Positions 1-13,529 of a stretch of 64,000 nt of DNA are shown in pieces. Location of the stretch: assembly GCA_002269645.1 (NCBI GenBank), contig NIVC01002014.1:62001-126000 (forward strand), given 5' to 3'. A program made the position numbers and the translations under genes. How positions within the stretch are numbered: the first letter of the stretch is position 1; every line of letters starts with the position of its first letter. The stretch is from Macrostomum lignano (taxonomy: Eukaryota). The notes under the pieces were generated by a model. That model was not told where the DNA came from. It saw only the letters and a list, made by a program, of their open reading frames with translations, and made no database searches.

Positions 1-595
1 TGGAGAGTCCGGGTTTGGAGGGTCCGCGTTTGGAGAGTCCGCGTTTGGAGAGTCCGGGTTTGGAGACTCCGGGTTTGGAGACTCCGGGTTTGGAGAATCC
101 GGGTTCGAGAGATTGGGTTCGAGTGTCCGGGTTTGGAGGTTCCGGGTTTGGAGAGTCCGGGTTTGGAGAGTCCGGGTTTGGAGACTCCGGGTTTGGAGAC
201 TCCGGGTTTGGAGAATCCGGGTTCGAGAGGTTGGGTTCGAGTGTCCGGGTTTGGAGGTTCCGGGTTTGGAGAGTCCGGGTTTGGAGAGTCCGAGTTTGGA
301 GATTCCGGGTTTGGAGACTCCGGGTTTGGAGACTCCGGGTTTGGAGGGTCCGGGTTTGGAGGGTCCGGGTTTGGAGGGTCCGGGTTTGGAGGGTCCGGGT
401 TTGGAGGGTCCGGGTTTGGAGACTCCGGGTTCGAGAGGTTGGGTTCGAGTGTCCGGGTTTGGAGAGTCCGGGTTTGGAGACTCCGGGTTTGGAGACTCCG
501 GGTTTGGAGACTCCGGGTTTGGAGACTCCGGGTTTGGAGACTCCGGGTTTGGAGACTCCGGGTTTGGAGACTCCGGGTTTGGAGACCCGGGTTTG
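1..595. repeat. Intronic 15-bp minisatellite GGAGACTCCGGGTTT
   Basis: Direct reading. Confidence 0.95.
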
Positions 596-729
596 AAGCC
601 ATTAGGGCCAGACTCCAAGACACAAAGTGCACGAATGTTTGTCAATGGCAAAGGCCGCTGTGCACCCTGTGAGTCCCTGTGGATCAGCAGAACGGTCCTG
701 ACTGCTTGCCAAGCTCAGCGCGAACTCAC

Positions 730-3700
730 GGTCATGAATCCGTACAGGATGACCTTCTCCAGGTACTCGTCCAGCAGCATCTCCTGCTCCTTGGACTTGA
801 CGAGGTGCCGCTGCTCAGCGAACGCCAGCTTGCCGCTCGGCCTGGTCTCGCCGAGCTTGGCCATGTGGTTGCGCTCCAGCTCGGCCAGGATCTCCAGCTC
901 CACCGAGTAGCCCAGCATCCTGATGCAGGGGCAGCAGGCTCTGAGGAAGCCGCGCAGCCCCCGGAGAGTGCAGCCCGTGAGCATTGACCGCTTCAGGTAG
1001 CTGAGGGGATCAGGGCAAATGCCTGAAATCTGCCACGCCGTTTATGAGCATAAGCGACATTAAAAGTAGTTGATAAACCATAAGCGACACAGTCCATGAA
1101 CCTCAGACCAGTCCATGAGCCACAGACCAGTCCATGAACCTCAGACCAGTCCATGAACCTCAGAAACCAGTCCATGAACCTCAGACACCAGTCCATGAAC
1201 CTCAGACACCAGTCCATGAACCTCAGACACCAGTCCAAGAACCTCAGACACCAGTCCAAGAACCTCAGAGACCAGTCCATGAACCTCAGAGACCAGTCCA
1301 TGAACCTCAGAGACCAGTTCATGAGCCAGAGACCAGTCCATGAACCTCAGACACCAGTCCATGAACCTCAGAGACCAGTCCATGAACCTCAGAGACCAGT
1401 CCAAGAACCTCAGACACCAGTCCAAGAACCTCAGACACCAGTCCATGAACCTCAGAGACCAGTCCAAGAACCTCAGAGACCAGTTCATGAGCCACAGACC
1501 AGTCCATGAACCTCAGAGACCAGTCCAAGAACCTCAGAGACCAGTCCATGAACCTCAGACACCAGTCCATGAACCTCAGAGACCAGTCCATGAACCTCAG
1601 AGACCAGTCCAAGAACCTCAGACACCAGTCCATAAACCTCAGAGACCAGTCCATGAACCTCAGAGACCAGTCCAAGAACCTCAGACACCAGTCCATGAAC
1701 CTCAGACACCAGTCCAAGAACCTCAGACACCAGTCCATGAACCTCAGAGACCAGTCCAAGAACCTCAGAGACCAGTCCATGAGCCACAGACCAGTCCATG
1801 AGTCACAGACCAGTCCATAAGTCGCGGGTCTACAAGAACCCGATCAATTCCTACCCATAAAAGCGGCACCGCAAGAGCAATGAACACTACAAAACTTTGA
1901 CTGCTGCTATCTAAAAACCCAAGCCAAACAAAAGCGCAATTCTCTGCTCACGGCCACATGATGTCGGCACCGCTTTTGAGCAGCGACTTGCCCACCATGT
2001 AGCCGGCGGTGGTGATGTTCAGCAGGTTGAAGCAGTCGATCGTTGCGTTGGCGAGGGTGCACGAATCGCTGAAGCTCCCGATTTTGATGCGGCCCTGGAT
2101 GTTGGGTTTGGGTTGAGTGGAGTAGTTTGGGTTGAGTGGAGTGGTTTGAGGCTAAATGGAGTGGCTTGGGGCTTGGGTGGAGTGGTTTGAGGCTGAGTGG
2201 AGTGGTTTAGGTTGAGTGGAGTGGCTTGGGGCTGAGTGGAGTAGTTTGGGTTGAGTGGAGTGGCTTGGGGCTGAGTGGAGTGGCTTGGGGCTGAGTGGAG
2301 TAGTTTGGGTTGAGTGGAGTGGCTTGGGGCTGAGTGGAGTGGCTTGGGGCTGAGTGGAGTGGCTTGGGGCTGAGTGGAGTGGCTTGGGGCTGAGTGGAGT
2401 AGTTTGAGTTGAGTGGAGTGGCTTGGGGCTGAGTAGAGTGGTTTAAGGCTGAGTGGAGTGTTCGAGGCTGAGTGGAGTGGCTTGAGGCTGATTGGAGTGT
2501 TTGAGGCTGAGTAGAGTGGTTTGAGGCTGAGTGGAGTGGCTTGAGGCTGAGTGGAGTGGCTTGAGGCTGAGTGGAGTGGTTTGAGGCTGAGTGGAGTGGT
2601 TTAGGTTGAGTGGAGTGGCTTGGGCTGAGTGGAGTGGCTTGAGGCTGATTGGAGTGTTTGAGGCTGAGTGGAGTGGCTTGAGGCTGAGTGGAGTGGTTTA
2701 AGGCTGAGTGGAGTGTTTGAGGCTGAGTGGAGTGGTTTGAGGCTGAGTGGAGTGGTTTAGGTTGAGTGGAGTGGCTTGGGCTGAGTGGAGTGGCTTGGGG
2801 CTGAGTGGAGTGGCTTGGGGCTGAGTGGAGTGGCTTGGGGCTGAGTGGAGTGGCTTGGGGCTGAGTGGAGTAGTTTGAGTTGAGTGGAGTGGCTTGGGGC
2901 TGAGTAGAGTGGTTTAAGGCTGAGTGGAGTGTTTGAGGCTGAGTGGAGTGGCTTGAGGCTGATTGGAGTGTTTGAGGCTGAGTGGAGTGGTTTGAGGCTG
3001 AGTGGAGTGGCTTGAGGCTGAGTGGAGTGGTTTAAGGCTGAGTGGAGTGTTTGAGGCTGAGTGGAGTGGTTTGAGGCTGAGTGGAGTGGTTTAGGTTGAG
3101 TGGAGTGGCTTGGGGCTGAGTGGAGTGGCTTGGGGCTGAGTGGAGTGGCTTGGGGCTGAGTGGAGTAGTTTGAGTTGAGTGGAGTGGCTTGGGGCTGAGT
3201 GGAGTAGTTTGAGTTGAGTGGAGTGGCTTGGGGCTGAGTGGAGTGGTTTAAGGCTGAGTGGAGTGTTTGAGGCTGAGTGGAGTGGTTTGAGGCTGAGTGG
3301 AGTGGTTTAGGTTGAGTGGAGTGGCTTAGGGCTGAGTGGAGTGGCTTGGGGCTGAGTGGAGTGGCTTGGGGCTGAGTGGAGTGGCTTGGGGCTGAGTGGA
3401 GTGGTTTGAGGCTGAGTGGAGTGGCTTGGGGCACTGGAGGGAGGGCACGGGAGGGTGGGCACTGGAGGGTGGGCACTGGAGGGAGGGCACTGGAGGGAGG
3501 GCACTGGAGGGAGGGCACTGGAGGGAGGGCACTGGAGGGAGGGCACTGGAGGGAGGGCACTGGAAGGTGGGCACTGGAGGGAGGGCACTGGAGGGAGGGC
3601 AACTGGAGGGAGGGCACTGGAGGGAGGGCACTGGAAGGAGGGCACTGGAGGGAGGGCACTGGAGGGAGGGCACTGGAGGGAGGGCACTGGAGGGAGGGCA

Positions 3701-6700
3701 CTGGAGGGAGGGCACTGGAGGGAGGGCACTGGAAGGTGGGCACTGGAGGGAGGGCACTGGAAGGTGGGCACTGGAGGGAGGGCACTGGAGGGGGCACGGG
3801 GGAGGGCACGGGAGGGTGGGCACTGGAGGGTGGGCACTGGAGGGAGGGCACTGGAGGGAGGGCACTGGAGGGAGGGCACTGGAGGGAGGGCAACTGGAGG
3901 GAGGGCACTGGAAGGTGGGCACTGGAGGGCATTACGGCAGCCGGCCTCACCTGCCGCACGAAGGCGATATAGAACAGTGGAGCATAGTTGTTGGCAAAGC
4001 GGAAGGCGAAGGCCTTGATGGCGAATGAGTTGTCATAGTCTGTCGGATACTCGTGACACTCTGCAAAAGTTCAAAGATTGTTTATTCGCTTTTGCTTTTT
4101 TGAAACTAGACTCATATTCATAATATATGGAAGAAATTCATATTTAACGGCAGGATACTTTTGCGCCGAAGAAACGGAAAGTTCCTGTCTCCTTAGCGTA
4201 TTATTCCCTCCTTGGAACCGAACTCGTCCCTGATAAAAAATTGACAAACTGCTCACCCAGTTGGTCACCGCTTTGGCCAGCACGCTGTACAGCTGCAAGG
4301 TGAAAGGCGATTCACTCTTTGATCAAAATAAACACAAATGCTCGCTTATGAGGGCTGCGGGCTCCCTGGCGCAACGCATCGGCGACATTGTCCCGCACAA
4401 CCAGTGCTGAGGGAGTAACTGCTCATTCTGCTGACTTCTGAGCACATACAAGCGCGCGGGTGCTGTACTGTAATGTACCCTAATGTACTGTAATGTACCC
4501 TAATGTACTGTAATGTACCCTAATGTACTGTAATGTACCCTAATGTACTCTAATGTACTGTAATGTACTGTAATGTACTGTAATGTATTCTAATGTACTG
4601 CAATGCACTTTAATGTACTGTAATGCACTGTAATGTACTGTAATGTACTGCAGTGTACTGTAATGTACTGTAATGTACTCTAGTGTACTTTAATGTATTC
4701 TAATGTACTGCAATGCACTCTAATGTACTGTAATGCACTGTAATGTACTGTAATGTACTGCAGTGTACTGTAATGTACTGATAATGTACTGTAATGCACT
4801 GTAATGTATTCTAATGTACTGCAATGCATCTAATGTACTGTAATGTACTCTAGTGTACTGTAATGTATTCTAATGTACTGCAATGCACTCTAATTTACTG
4901 TAATGCACTGTAGTGTACTGTAATGTTTTTTAATGTACTGCATTGTAGTGTTATGTATTGTAATGTACTGCTCTGTGGATACTGGTTAGAGCGTGCGCAG
5001 ACAAGCACTCATGCGCACGCTCACACGGGGTGTACACTGGCCCTGGCTTTCTAATCGTCAGGCATGTACACTCTCTGTGATTTGGGAGGCTCGGGTGCAA
5101 ATCGTGCGACATCCCCCTGGGCCAATTTTAGTGCGCACCAGCCCCAAATGGAACCGGGGCTCGTGGCGCGAGAGTCAGGCGCGTGCACAAAGTGATCCGC
5201 CTGCTGTGAGATGAGAATTTCATTCGGTCTTTTCTGTCCCGCCATCCCCAGCCCGGACTGACCGAGTCCAGAATGGAGATCACGATGACCTGGCCGGTGA
5301 TGGGCAGCACGGTGCTGACAATGAAGCAGGAGAAGGCGGAGGTTTCGGCTGTGCAGTAGGACCTGTCACCGACCAGCCGGGCCACCTGGAAACCCACCGT
5401 GATGGCAAACACCAGAATCACCTGGCGGTGGGTTGAGAAAGCGGTTGTGCTGTGGTGGTGAAGGGTTTGATGTGATGTGCTATGGTGTGGTGGGATGTGT
5501 TCTGATATCTTTTGATGTGATTTGGTGTGATGTGATGTAACATGACGTTTAGTGATGTGTTCTATTGTCATTGGATGTGATGTTATATGTTCTAATATCA
5601 TTTGATGTGATATGTGTTGTGACGTAATGTTATGTGATGTGATATGATGCGATGTATTCTAATTTCCTTTATATAATGTGATTTGATGTGATGTATTCTA
5701 ATGTACTTTGATGTGATGTGATGTGATGTGTTCTAATGTCATTTGATGTGATGTGATGTGTTATAATGTCATTTGATGTGATGTGACGTGATGTGATGTA
5801 TTCTAATGTCCTTTACATGTATATAATTTGGTGTGATGTGATGTGTTCTAGTGTCATTTGACATAATGTGATGTGATGTGATGTGATGTGATGTGATGCG
5901 ATGTGATGCGATGCGATGTGATGCGATGTGATGTGATGCGATGTGATGTGATGTGATGTGATGCGATGTGATGTGATGTGATGTGATGTGATGTGATGTG
6001 ATGCGATGTGATGTGATGTGATGCGATGTGATGTGATGTGATGCGATGTGATGAAGCCAGTCAGCAGCCAGCCCAAGCCGCTCACGCAGGACAGCACGCA
6101 GGAGTAGAACCCGATGCACTTCCGCCTGGTGGTCTGCTGGGTGCACCAGATCTGCAAAGCCGGATGAAAATGAGATTACAAGCTGCTGTGGGGATTATCT
6201 GAGCACTGCCGCAGATCCACTCACGGGCTGGCAGCGGCTCTTCCTCAGCACGTAGGCGGGCCGGCGGTTCTCTGCGATGTAGTGGTGGTTCACGTCCCAG
6301 CGGTAGCTCAGGCTGCTCTCGTACCGCTTCCAGGCCTCGGTTGTGAGCAGGCTCCACACCGTCAGGATGCAGCCGAACACGATCGTGAGGTGGTTCTCGA
6401 AGGTCAGCAGGATGAACTGCATCAGATCCACCACGTAGACAGAGAGGCTGGAAAGGGAGTTCGGGTTGAATTGGATAGCGGTCGAGATTGACTTGGGCAA
6501 TGTATGATGGGAGAGATGGGAGAGAAGGAGAAAGGAAAGAGAGAGAACTGAAAAGGGGCACAAACCGGAGCCATTGAGGCTGCGTGCTGAGACAAGGGGT
6601 ATTAGCGATGGGGTATAGGGAATGGGGTATTAGCGATGGGGTATTGGGGATGGGGTATAGGGAATGGGGTATTGGGGATGGGGTATTGGGAATGGGGTAT

Positions 6701-9700
6701 TAGCGATGGGGTATTGGGGATGGGATATTGGGGATGGGGTATGGTGGATGGGATATTAGCGATGGGGTATTGGGGATGGGGAATGGTGGATGGGATATTA
6801 GCGATGGGGTATTGGGGATGGGGAATGGTGGATGGGATATTAGCGATGGGGTATTGGGGATGGGGTATGGGGGATGGGGCATGGGGCATGGGAATTAGGT
6901 ATTGGGGGTTGGGGATTGTGATGGGGTATTGGGATGGGGTATTGGGATGGGGTATTGGGATGGGGGATGGGGGATGGGGTATTGGATGGGGTATTGGATG
7001 GGATATTGGGATGGGGTATGGGGGATGGGGTATTGGGGATGGGGTATTGGGTGGGGTATTGGGGATTGGGTATTGGAGATGGGTATTGGCGATTGGGTAT
7101 CGGGGATAGGGTAATGGAGACGGGGTATTGGGGATGAAGTATTGGGGATGGGGTATTGGTGGTTGGGTATTCGAGATGGGGCATTGGCGATGGGGTATTG
7201 GGGATGGTGTAATGGCGCATTGGGAATTGACAATCCGCACTGGCCATGGGTACGCAAATGTGCTGCGGAGCTGAGCTGCAGGCAGCCAATAAAAACGCAA
7301 GGCTGCTTCGCCCAGTTACCAAAATCGAACGCCACTCACGCTGTGGACACGGAGGGGTCGGTCGGAACCGCCGAGAGCTGGCTCAGAAACTCGATGGACG
7401 AATTTTTGTAATTTACCGATCTGCAATATGAAGCAAGGTGAGCCTTCGGTAATTTTTGCGGGTCACTGGGGTTGCTGACAATATCAGGGACACCAGGCAA
7501 ACCAGGGACACCAGGGACGCCAAGGACACCAGGGACACCAGGCACACAAGGGACACCGGAGACACCAGGGGATACCAGGGACACCAAGGACACCAAGGAC
7601 ACCAGGGACACCAAGGACACAACACCAAGGACACAACACCAAGGACACCAGGGACACCAGGGACACCAGGGACACCAAGGACACCAAGGACACCAAGGAG
7701 TTAGGACACCAGGGTCACCAGGGAAACCAGGGACATAAAAGTCAGAGACACTATGTTAGCTTCCACTGTTGATCCCCTGGGGTCTCAAACGAGTCCCGAG
7801 CGAGTCCCGAGCGAGTCCCGAGCGAGTCCCAGTCCACTCACGCATTGGCCAGTCCGTACACGAAGAAGCAGAGGCCGATGGCCGTGAGGAACAGCAGGCA
7901 CCAGATGATGTAGCCGAACCAAGCATAGTAGAAGGCCAGCCGCTCGCCAAAGTACAGCCGGATGAGGCGCAGAGGCTGGAAGCGACAGCAGCAGTCCCAC
8001 GAGCGGCTCAGCTGGTACCGCAGGTCCAGGTTGAGCCGCCAACCGTCGCGAGAATCGCCGCCGCCGTTGTCGGATTTCGTGTCGGCGTCCTCCACGACGC
8101 CGCCGCCGGTGCGGCAGCCGCAGCCGCCTGTCGGGCGCTTCGCCGGTCCCGACGTCTGCGCGTCGTGCATGGCGAAGGCGTCGGCAAAAACGTTCGACTC
8201 CAGCAGGTGCTCCAGCACTGCCAGGGTGTTTTAGAACATGCGGGAGGGGGTTGAGACCATGGCAACAGAGGGGACTGCAGCGCCTTGACAACACGATGGG
8301 ATCTCACAGCACCTTGACAACACGATGGGGATCTCACAGCACCTTGACAACACGATGGGATCTCATAGCACATTGAAAAAACGATGCGATCTCACAGCAC
8401 ATTGGAAACACGATGGGGATCTCACAGCGCCTTGACAACACGATGGGATCTCACAGCACCTTGACAACACGATGGGAATCTCACAGCACATTGGAAACAC
8501 GATGGGGATCTCACAGCACCTTGACAACACGATGGGAATCTCACAGCACATTGGAAACACGATGGGGATCTCACAGCACCTTGACAACACGATGGGGATC
8601 TCACAGCACCTTGACAACACGATGAGGATCTCACAGCACATTGGAAACACGATGGGGATCTCACAGCACCTTGACAACACGATGGGGATCTCACAGCACC
8701 TTGACAACACGATGGGGATCTCACAGCACCTTGACAACACGATGGGGATCTCACAGCACCTTGACAACACGATGGAGATCTCACAGCACCTTGACAACAC
8801 GATGGGGATCTCACAGCACATTGACAACACGATGGGGATCTCACAGCACATTGACAACACGATGGGGATCTCACAGCACATTGGAAACACGATGGGGATC
8901 TCACAGCACATTGGAAACACGATGGGGATCTCACAGCACATTGGAAACACGATAGGGATCTCACAGCACCCAGGCGCTCCTCACCAATCGGGGAGTCCTC
9001 TTTATCCAGCCAGGTCCTGAGGCTCTTGCAGTACATGCAGGACGGAGGACAGCCCAGCAGCTCGGGATCCGAGCGGACGGCCTTGCGCAGCTCCAGGCCG
9101 ATGTCGATTCGCTGCAGCCTGGAGTAGGTCTGCTCGGGGAAGGACATTCGTGCCAATCTGAGGTACTAGAATTATGACTAAAGGATGGCCAAATATTTTT
9201 TGTTTTTGCTTTTCTAAATTCTTAAAAACAGTTTAAGAACTGCCCCTCTCGGGGTAACATTAAGTGATCTTTACTTTGAGCACTGCTGGTTCGTAACTGC
9301 ATGACCCAGCCGCTTCATCATAAGTTATTCATATTTGCCATCAGGCATCTTCAATCTCCTACAAGTTCGGTTCCAACTCGCCCAGCCTCACCAGGTAGAT
9401 TCGCTGAGCTCCGGTGAGGCGAAACTCGCTACCGTCGCGGCCGCCGCCGAAGAACATGTGCTTCTTCTTGAAGATGAACGGGGCACAGATGAAGTCCGCT
9501 GAGGGATTGGAGGGCCTTCTAATGTTAGAGCGGTGAGATAGACAGGGCGCACATGTGTTATACTGGGTGTGCATGCGTTAGACAGGTGTTAGACAGGGCG
9601 CACATGTGTTAGACAGGTGTTAGACAGGTGTTAGACAGGGTGCGCATGTGTTAGACAGGTGTTAGACAGAGTGTGCATGTGTTAGCCAGGTGTTAGACAG

Positions 9701-11140
9701 GGTGTATGTGTTATACCGGGTGTGCATGTGTTAGACAGGTGTTAGACAGGGTGCGCATGTGTTAGGTAGGTGTTAGACAGAGTGTGCATGTGTTAGCCAG
9801 GTGTTAGACAGGGTGTATGTGTTATATCGGGTGTGCATGTGTTAGCCAGGTGTTAGACAGGGTGTATGTGTTATATCGGGTGTGCATGTGTTAGACAGGT
9901 GTTAGACAGGGTTTGCATGTGTTAGACAGGGTGTACATGCTCCCCAAGCCCACCATTCTCGTCGGTGATTGCGGCGTCTTCCGCCTCCCCGATGGCGGCG
10001 GTCTCGGGCCGCAGGCAGCCGCAGCAGCAGGGGTTGTCCCCCTCAATCTTGGCTTTGTCGTCCGGACAGCACAGCGGGGTGGTTTCGGTCTGGGAGGGTT
10101 CACGAAGTCGGCTGTGAGGCAGCGGCAACGGATTTTTCAAGATCAGATATAAGGTCAAAGTTCAAGCCATTGCTCTGAGATCAGAGAATAGATATGAAAA
10201 CTGATCAAATGTCAGAGAATAGATATGAGAACAGCTCAAATGTCAGAGAATAGATATGAGAACAGCTCAAATGTCAGAGAATAGATATGAGAACAGCTCA
10301 AATGTCAGAGAATAGATATGAGAACAGCTCAAATGTCAGAGAATAGATATGACAACAGCTCAAATGTCAGAGAATAGATATGAGAACTTTTCAAATGTCA
10401 GAGAATAGATATGAGAACAGCTCAAATGTCAGAGAATAGATATGAGAACTGCTCAAATGTCAGAGAATAGATATGAGAACTGCTCAAATGTCAGAGAATA
10501 AATATGAGAACTGCTCCAATGTCAGAGAATAGATGAGAACAACTCAAACGTCAGAGAATAGATGAGAACAACTCAAACGTCAGAGAATAGATGAGAACAG
10601 CTCAGAGACCAAAGAATAGATGAGAACAGCTCAGCAGTCAATCAGCCTCACCGCCTTCAGCGGCATCTCCATCTTCACAAACTCAGCCTCGTGCAGCAGA
10701 ACGTCAACATCCTTGGCGCGGAAGCCCCAGTAGGTGGATTGGTAGGGCGCCCACTTCTTCCGCTTCGGCGTGTCCTTGGCAACGGGCAGCTGCAGCTTGA
10801 GCTTGTCGATCTGCAGGTCCATTTTGCGGGCGGCGGCCCAGTACAGCTGCCTGGCCGCCACCTTCAGGCGGCACTGCAGCTGGTTGTCCTCCGGGAACGA
10901 GTGGATCTGCGCGTAAAACAGCACGTAGTCAGCGGCCAGCAGCTCCTGCGGGACCTCCATCCTGACAGGCTTGAGTTGCTGGAATTAGCGAGCTCTGCTC
11001 TGAGTGAGCAGTTAAAATAGCGCTGCCATCACCTGCAGCCCGCTAGCCTGCGTTATCGCTATTTGTGGCGTTTTGTTGAGCTCTCACGCCACCGCAGGAG
11101 AGGGGGGCTGCACTGTTGCCGAGGCGACAAGTGTACAGAC
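730..11140 (-). CDS. Anoctamin/TMEM16-family Ca2+-activated channel/scramblase, 3'-partial (continues beyond position 1)
   Basis: Exons in gene order: 11088-11140 (tentative), 10652-10961, 9954-10089, 9392-9498, 8985-9165, 7842-8217, 7340-7420, 6225-6447, 6086-6151, 5263-5421, 4257-4292, 3951-4060, 1952-2094, 730-1000. All have GT-AG borders. Phases are consistent except at the 4257/4060 junction. TMEM16 motifs: DYVLFY, EMPLK, TGAQR, AFAMHD, LIRLYFGERLAFYYAWFG, FEN..T..WKR, YDNSFAIKAFAFRFANNY..FYIAF, MVGK, DEYLEKVILYGFMT. If 11088-11140 is non-coding, the start is ATG 10960. Confidence 0.92.
1085..1820. repeat. Intronic 21-bp minisatellite CCAGTCCATGAACCTCAGA(C/G)A
   Basis: Direct reading. 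Confidence 0.95.
2105..3930. repeat. Intronic compound array: 20-bp TGAGTGGAGTGGCTTGGGGC (to about 3425), then 14-bp ACTGGAGGGAGGGC
   Basis: Direct reading. Abrupt unit switch near 3428. Confidence 0.95.
4465..4970. repeat. Intronic 10-bp repeat TAATGTACTG
   Basis: Direct reading. Confidence 0.95.
5450..6052. repeat. Intronic 5-bp microsatellite GATGT
   Basis: Direct reading. Purest toward the right end. Confidence 0.95.
6598..7205. repeat. Intronic G-rich repeat (GGGGATGGGGTATT-like)
   Basis: Direct reading. Confidence 0.9.
7485..7735. repeat. Intronic 9-bp repeat GGACACCA(G/A)
   Basis: Direct reading. Confidence 0.9.
8270..8970. repeat. Intronic 30-bp minisatellite GATGGGGATCTCACAGCACCTTGACAACAC
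   Basis: Direct reading. Confidence 0.95.
9535..9935. repeat. Intronic modular repeat GTTAGACAGG(GTGTGCATGT)
   Basis: Direct reading. Confidence 0.9.
10180..10632. repeat. Intronic 31-bp minisatellite TCAAATGTCAGAGAATAGATATGAGAACAGC
   Basis: Direct reading. Confidence 0.95.
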
Positions 11141-11294
11141 CTGAGCGCCTGTCTCTCTTCATCGGAGTCTGTGCGGGCTTGAAATACAGCTTTTTTCGTA
11201 TAGCAGGGCTTCTGTTATGCCCAGTGCTGAGAGGGTACTTGGAGAACTGAGTTTGGGCAGAGGAGAGTTGAATGCCAGTGGCATTCGTGCTGCG

Positions 11295-12085
11295 TTTGCG
11301 AGCTCTACAGTATGAGATGGGTGAGATCTGCGAGCTCTACACTATGAGATGGGTGAGATCTGCGAGCTCTATAGTATGAGATGGGTGAGATTTGCGAGCT
11401 CTAAAGTATGAGATGGGTGAGATTTGCGAGCTCTAAAGTATGAGATGGGTGAGATTTGCGAGCTCTACAGTATGAGATGGGTGAGATTTGCGAGCTCTAC
11501 AGTATGAGATGGGTGAGATTTGCAAGCTCTACAGTATGAGATAAGTGAGATCTGCGAGCTCTACAGTATGAGATAATTGAGATCTGCGAGCTCTACAGTA
11601 TGACAGGAGTGAGAGTGACGGCAGACAGGAGTGAGAGTGACGGCAGACAGGAGTGAAAGTGACGACTAAGAGGAGTGAGAGTGACGGCAGACAGGAGAGA
11701 GTGACAGCAGACAGGAGTGAGAGTGACAGCAGACAGGAGTGAGAGTGACAGCAGACAAGAGTGAGAGTGACAGCAGACAGGACAGGAGTGAGAGTAACAG
11801 CATACAGGAATGAGAGTGACAGCAGACAAGAGTGAGAGTGACAGCATACAGGAGTGAGAGTGACAGCATACAGGAGTGAGAGTGACAGCAGACAGGAGTG
11901 AGAGTGACAGCAGACAGGAGTGAGAGTGACAGCAGACACGAGTGAGAGTGACAGCAGACAAGGGTGAGAGTGACAGCAGACAGGAGTGAGAGTGACAGCA
12001 GACAGGAGAGAGAGTGACAGCAGACAGGAGAGAGAGTGACAGCATACAGGAGTGAGAGTGACAGCAGACAGGAGTGAGAGTGACG
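11295..12085. repeat. Compound array: 32-bp TTGCGAGCTCTACAGTATGAGATGGGTGAGAT, then 22-bp ACAGGAGTGAGAGTGACAGCAG
   Basis: Direct reading. Unit switch near 11602. Confidence 0.95.
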
Positions 12086-12319
12086 AAGGCAGTGCGCGTT
12101 TAGATGTTGGGCGCAAATAACTCCAAATGAGAAAACAGAAACGAGACAAAATTTTTTATTAGGAACTCCTGAAAAATCGGGATCCGTGACGAAATTCTGA
12201 ACTTGAGCCACTCAGTAGCGATTTGAGCATTCCGTGTATTTTCTGGTAGGCGCAAAAACTTGGCTCGTGTGGGACAGTGCGATACTGGGGGTGAATTATC
12301 TGCAGACAGGGGCACTGAG

Positions 12320-12351
12320 ACAGACAGTCAGGCAGACAGACAGACAGACAC

Positions 12352-12390
<39 letters not shown>

Positions 12391-12424
12391 CACAGACAGA
12401 CAGACAGACAAGACAGACAAGCAC

Positions 12425-12463
<39 letters not shown>

Positions 12464-12559
12464 CACAGACAGACAGACAGACAGTCAGACAGACAAACAG
12501 ACAGACAGTCAGACAGACAGACAGACAGGCACACAGACAGACAGACAGAGAGACAGACA

Positions 12560-12600
<41 letters not shown>

Positions 12601-12603
12601 GGC

Positions 12604-12680
<77 letters not shown>

Positions 12681-12871
12681 CTAAGACAGGCAGAGACAGG
12701 CAGGCAGACAGACAGGCAGGCAGGCAGACACACAGACAGACAAACAGACAAGACAGACAAGCACACAGACAGACAGACAGACAGACACTAAGACAGGCAG
12801 AGACAGGCAGGCAGACAGACAGGCAGGCAGGCAGACACACAGACAGACAAACAGACAAGACAGACAAGCAC

Positions 12872-12906
<35 letters not shown>

Positions 12907-13195
12907 AGACAGACAAGCACACAGACAGACAGACAGAGAGACAGACAAACAGACAAGCACACAGACAGACAGACAGACAGACAGACAGGCACACAGACAG
13001 ACAGACAGAGAGACAGACAAGACAGACAAGCACACAGACAGACAGACAGACAGACAGGCACACAGACAGACAGACAGAGAGACAGACAAGACAGACAAGC
13101 ACACAGACAGACAGACAGACAGACAGGCACACAGACAGACAGACAGAGAGACAGACAAGACAGACAAGCATACAGACAGACAGACAGACAGACAC
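12320..13195. repeat. (AGAC)n microsatellite with higher-order blocks
   Basis: Direct reading. Confidence 0.95.
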
Positions 13196-13529
13196 GGAAG
13201 GCAAGAAGTCAAATTTGTAAAGTTCATCAGTTTGGTCAAGAAATTTGAGCTGGAACAAAGTCAAGCACAAGCATGATAATAGTTATAAGGTCATACGCAA
13301 AATTAGCACATTATACAAAATCTAATATCCACCAGTTCCTATAAACTGTTTAAGTAAGCTCACTGGGCTTGGCTAAGAAGTATTTGCAAATGAGGGAAGG
13401 TGGCCAAACAGCTCGAACTTACATGGCTCACTGTAAGCAAAAGCGTTCGTTATGAAGTGTGAAAACTGTTCAGGTGATGGCGAAAACGCCTGCCAAGGAT
13501 GGGAGAGACGGCGGTCCTTTGAGGGACAA

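Noticed and set aside
15-3972. Long ORFs such as 193, 265 and 400 aa with repeated peptides
   Set aside because: Stop-poor frames of intronic minisatellites, open in several frames and on both strands.
4975-5070. tRNA/SINE-like TGGTTAGAGCG A-box
   Set aside because: No B-box (GTTCRA) and no cloverleaf.
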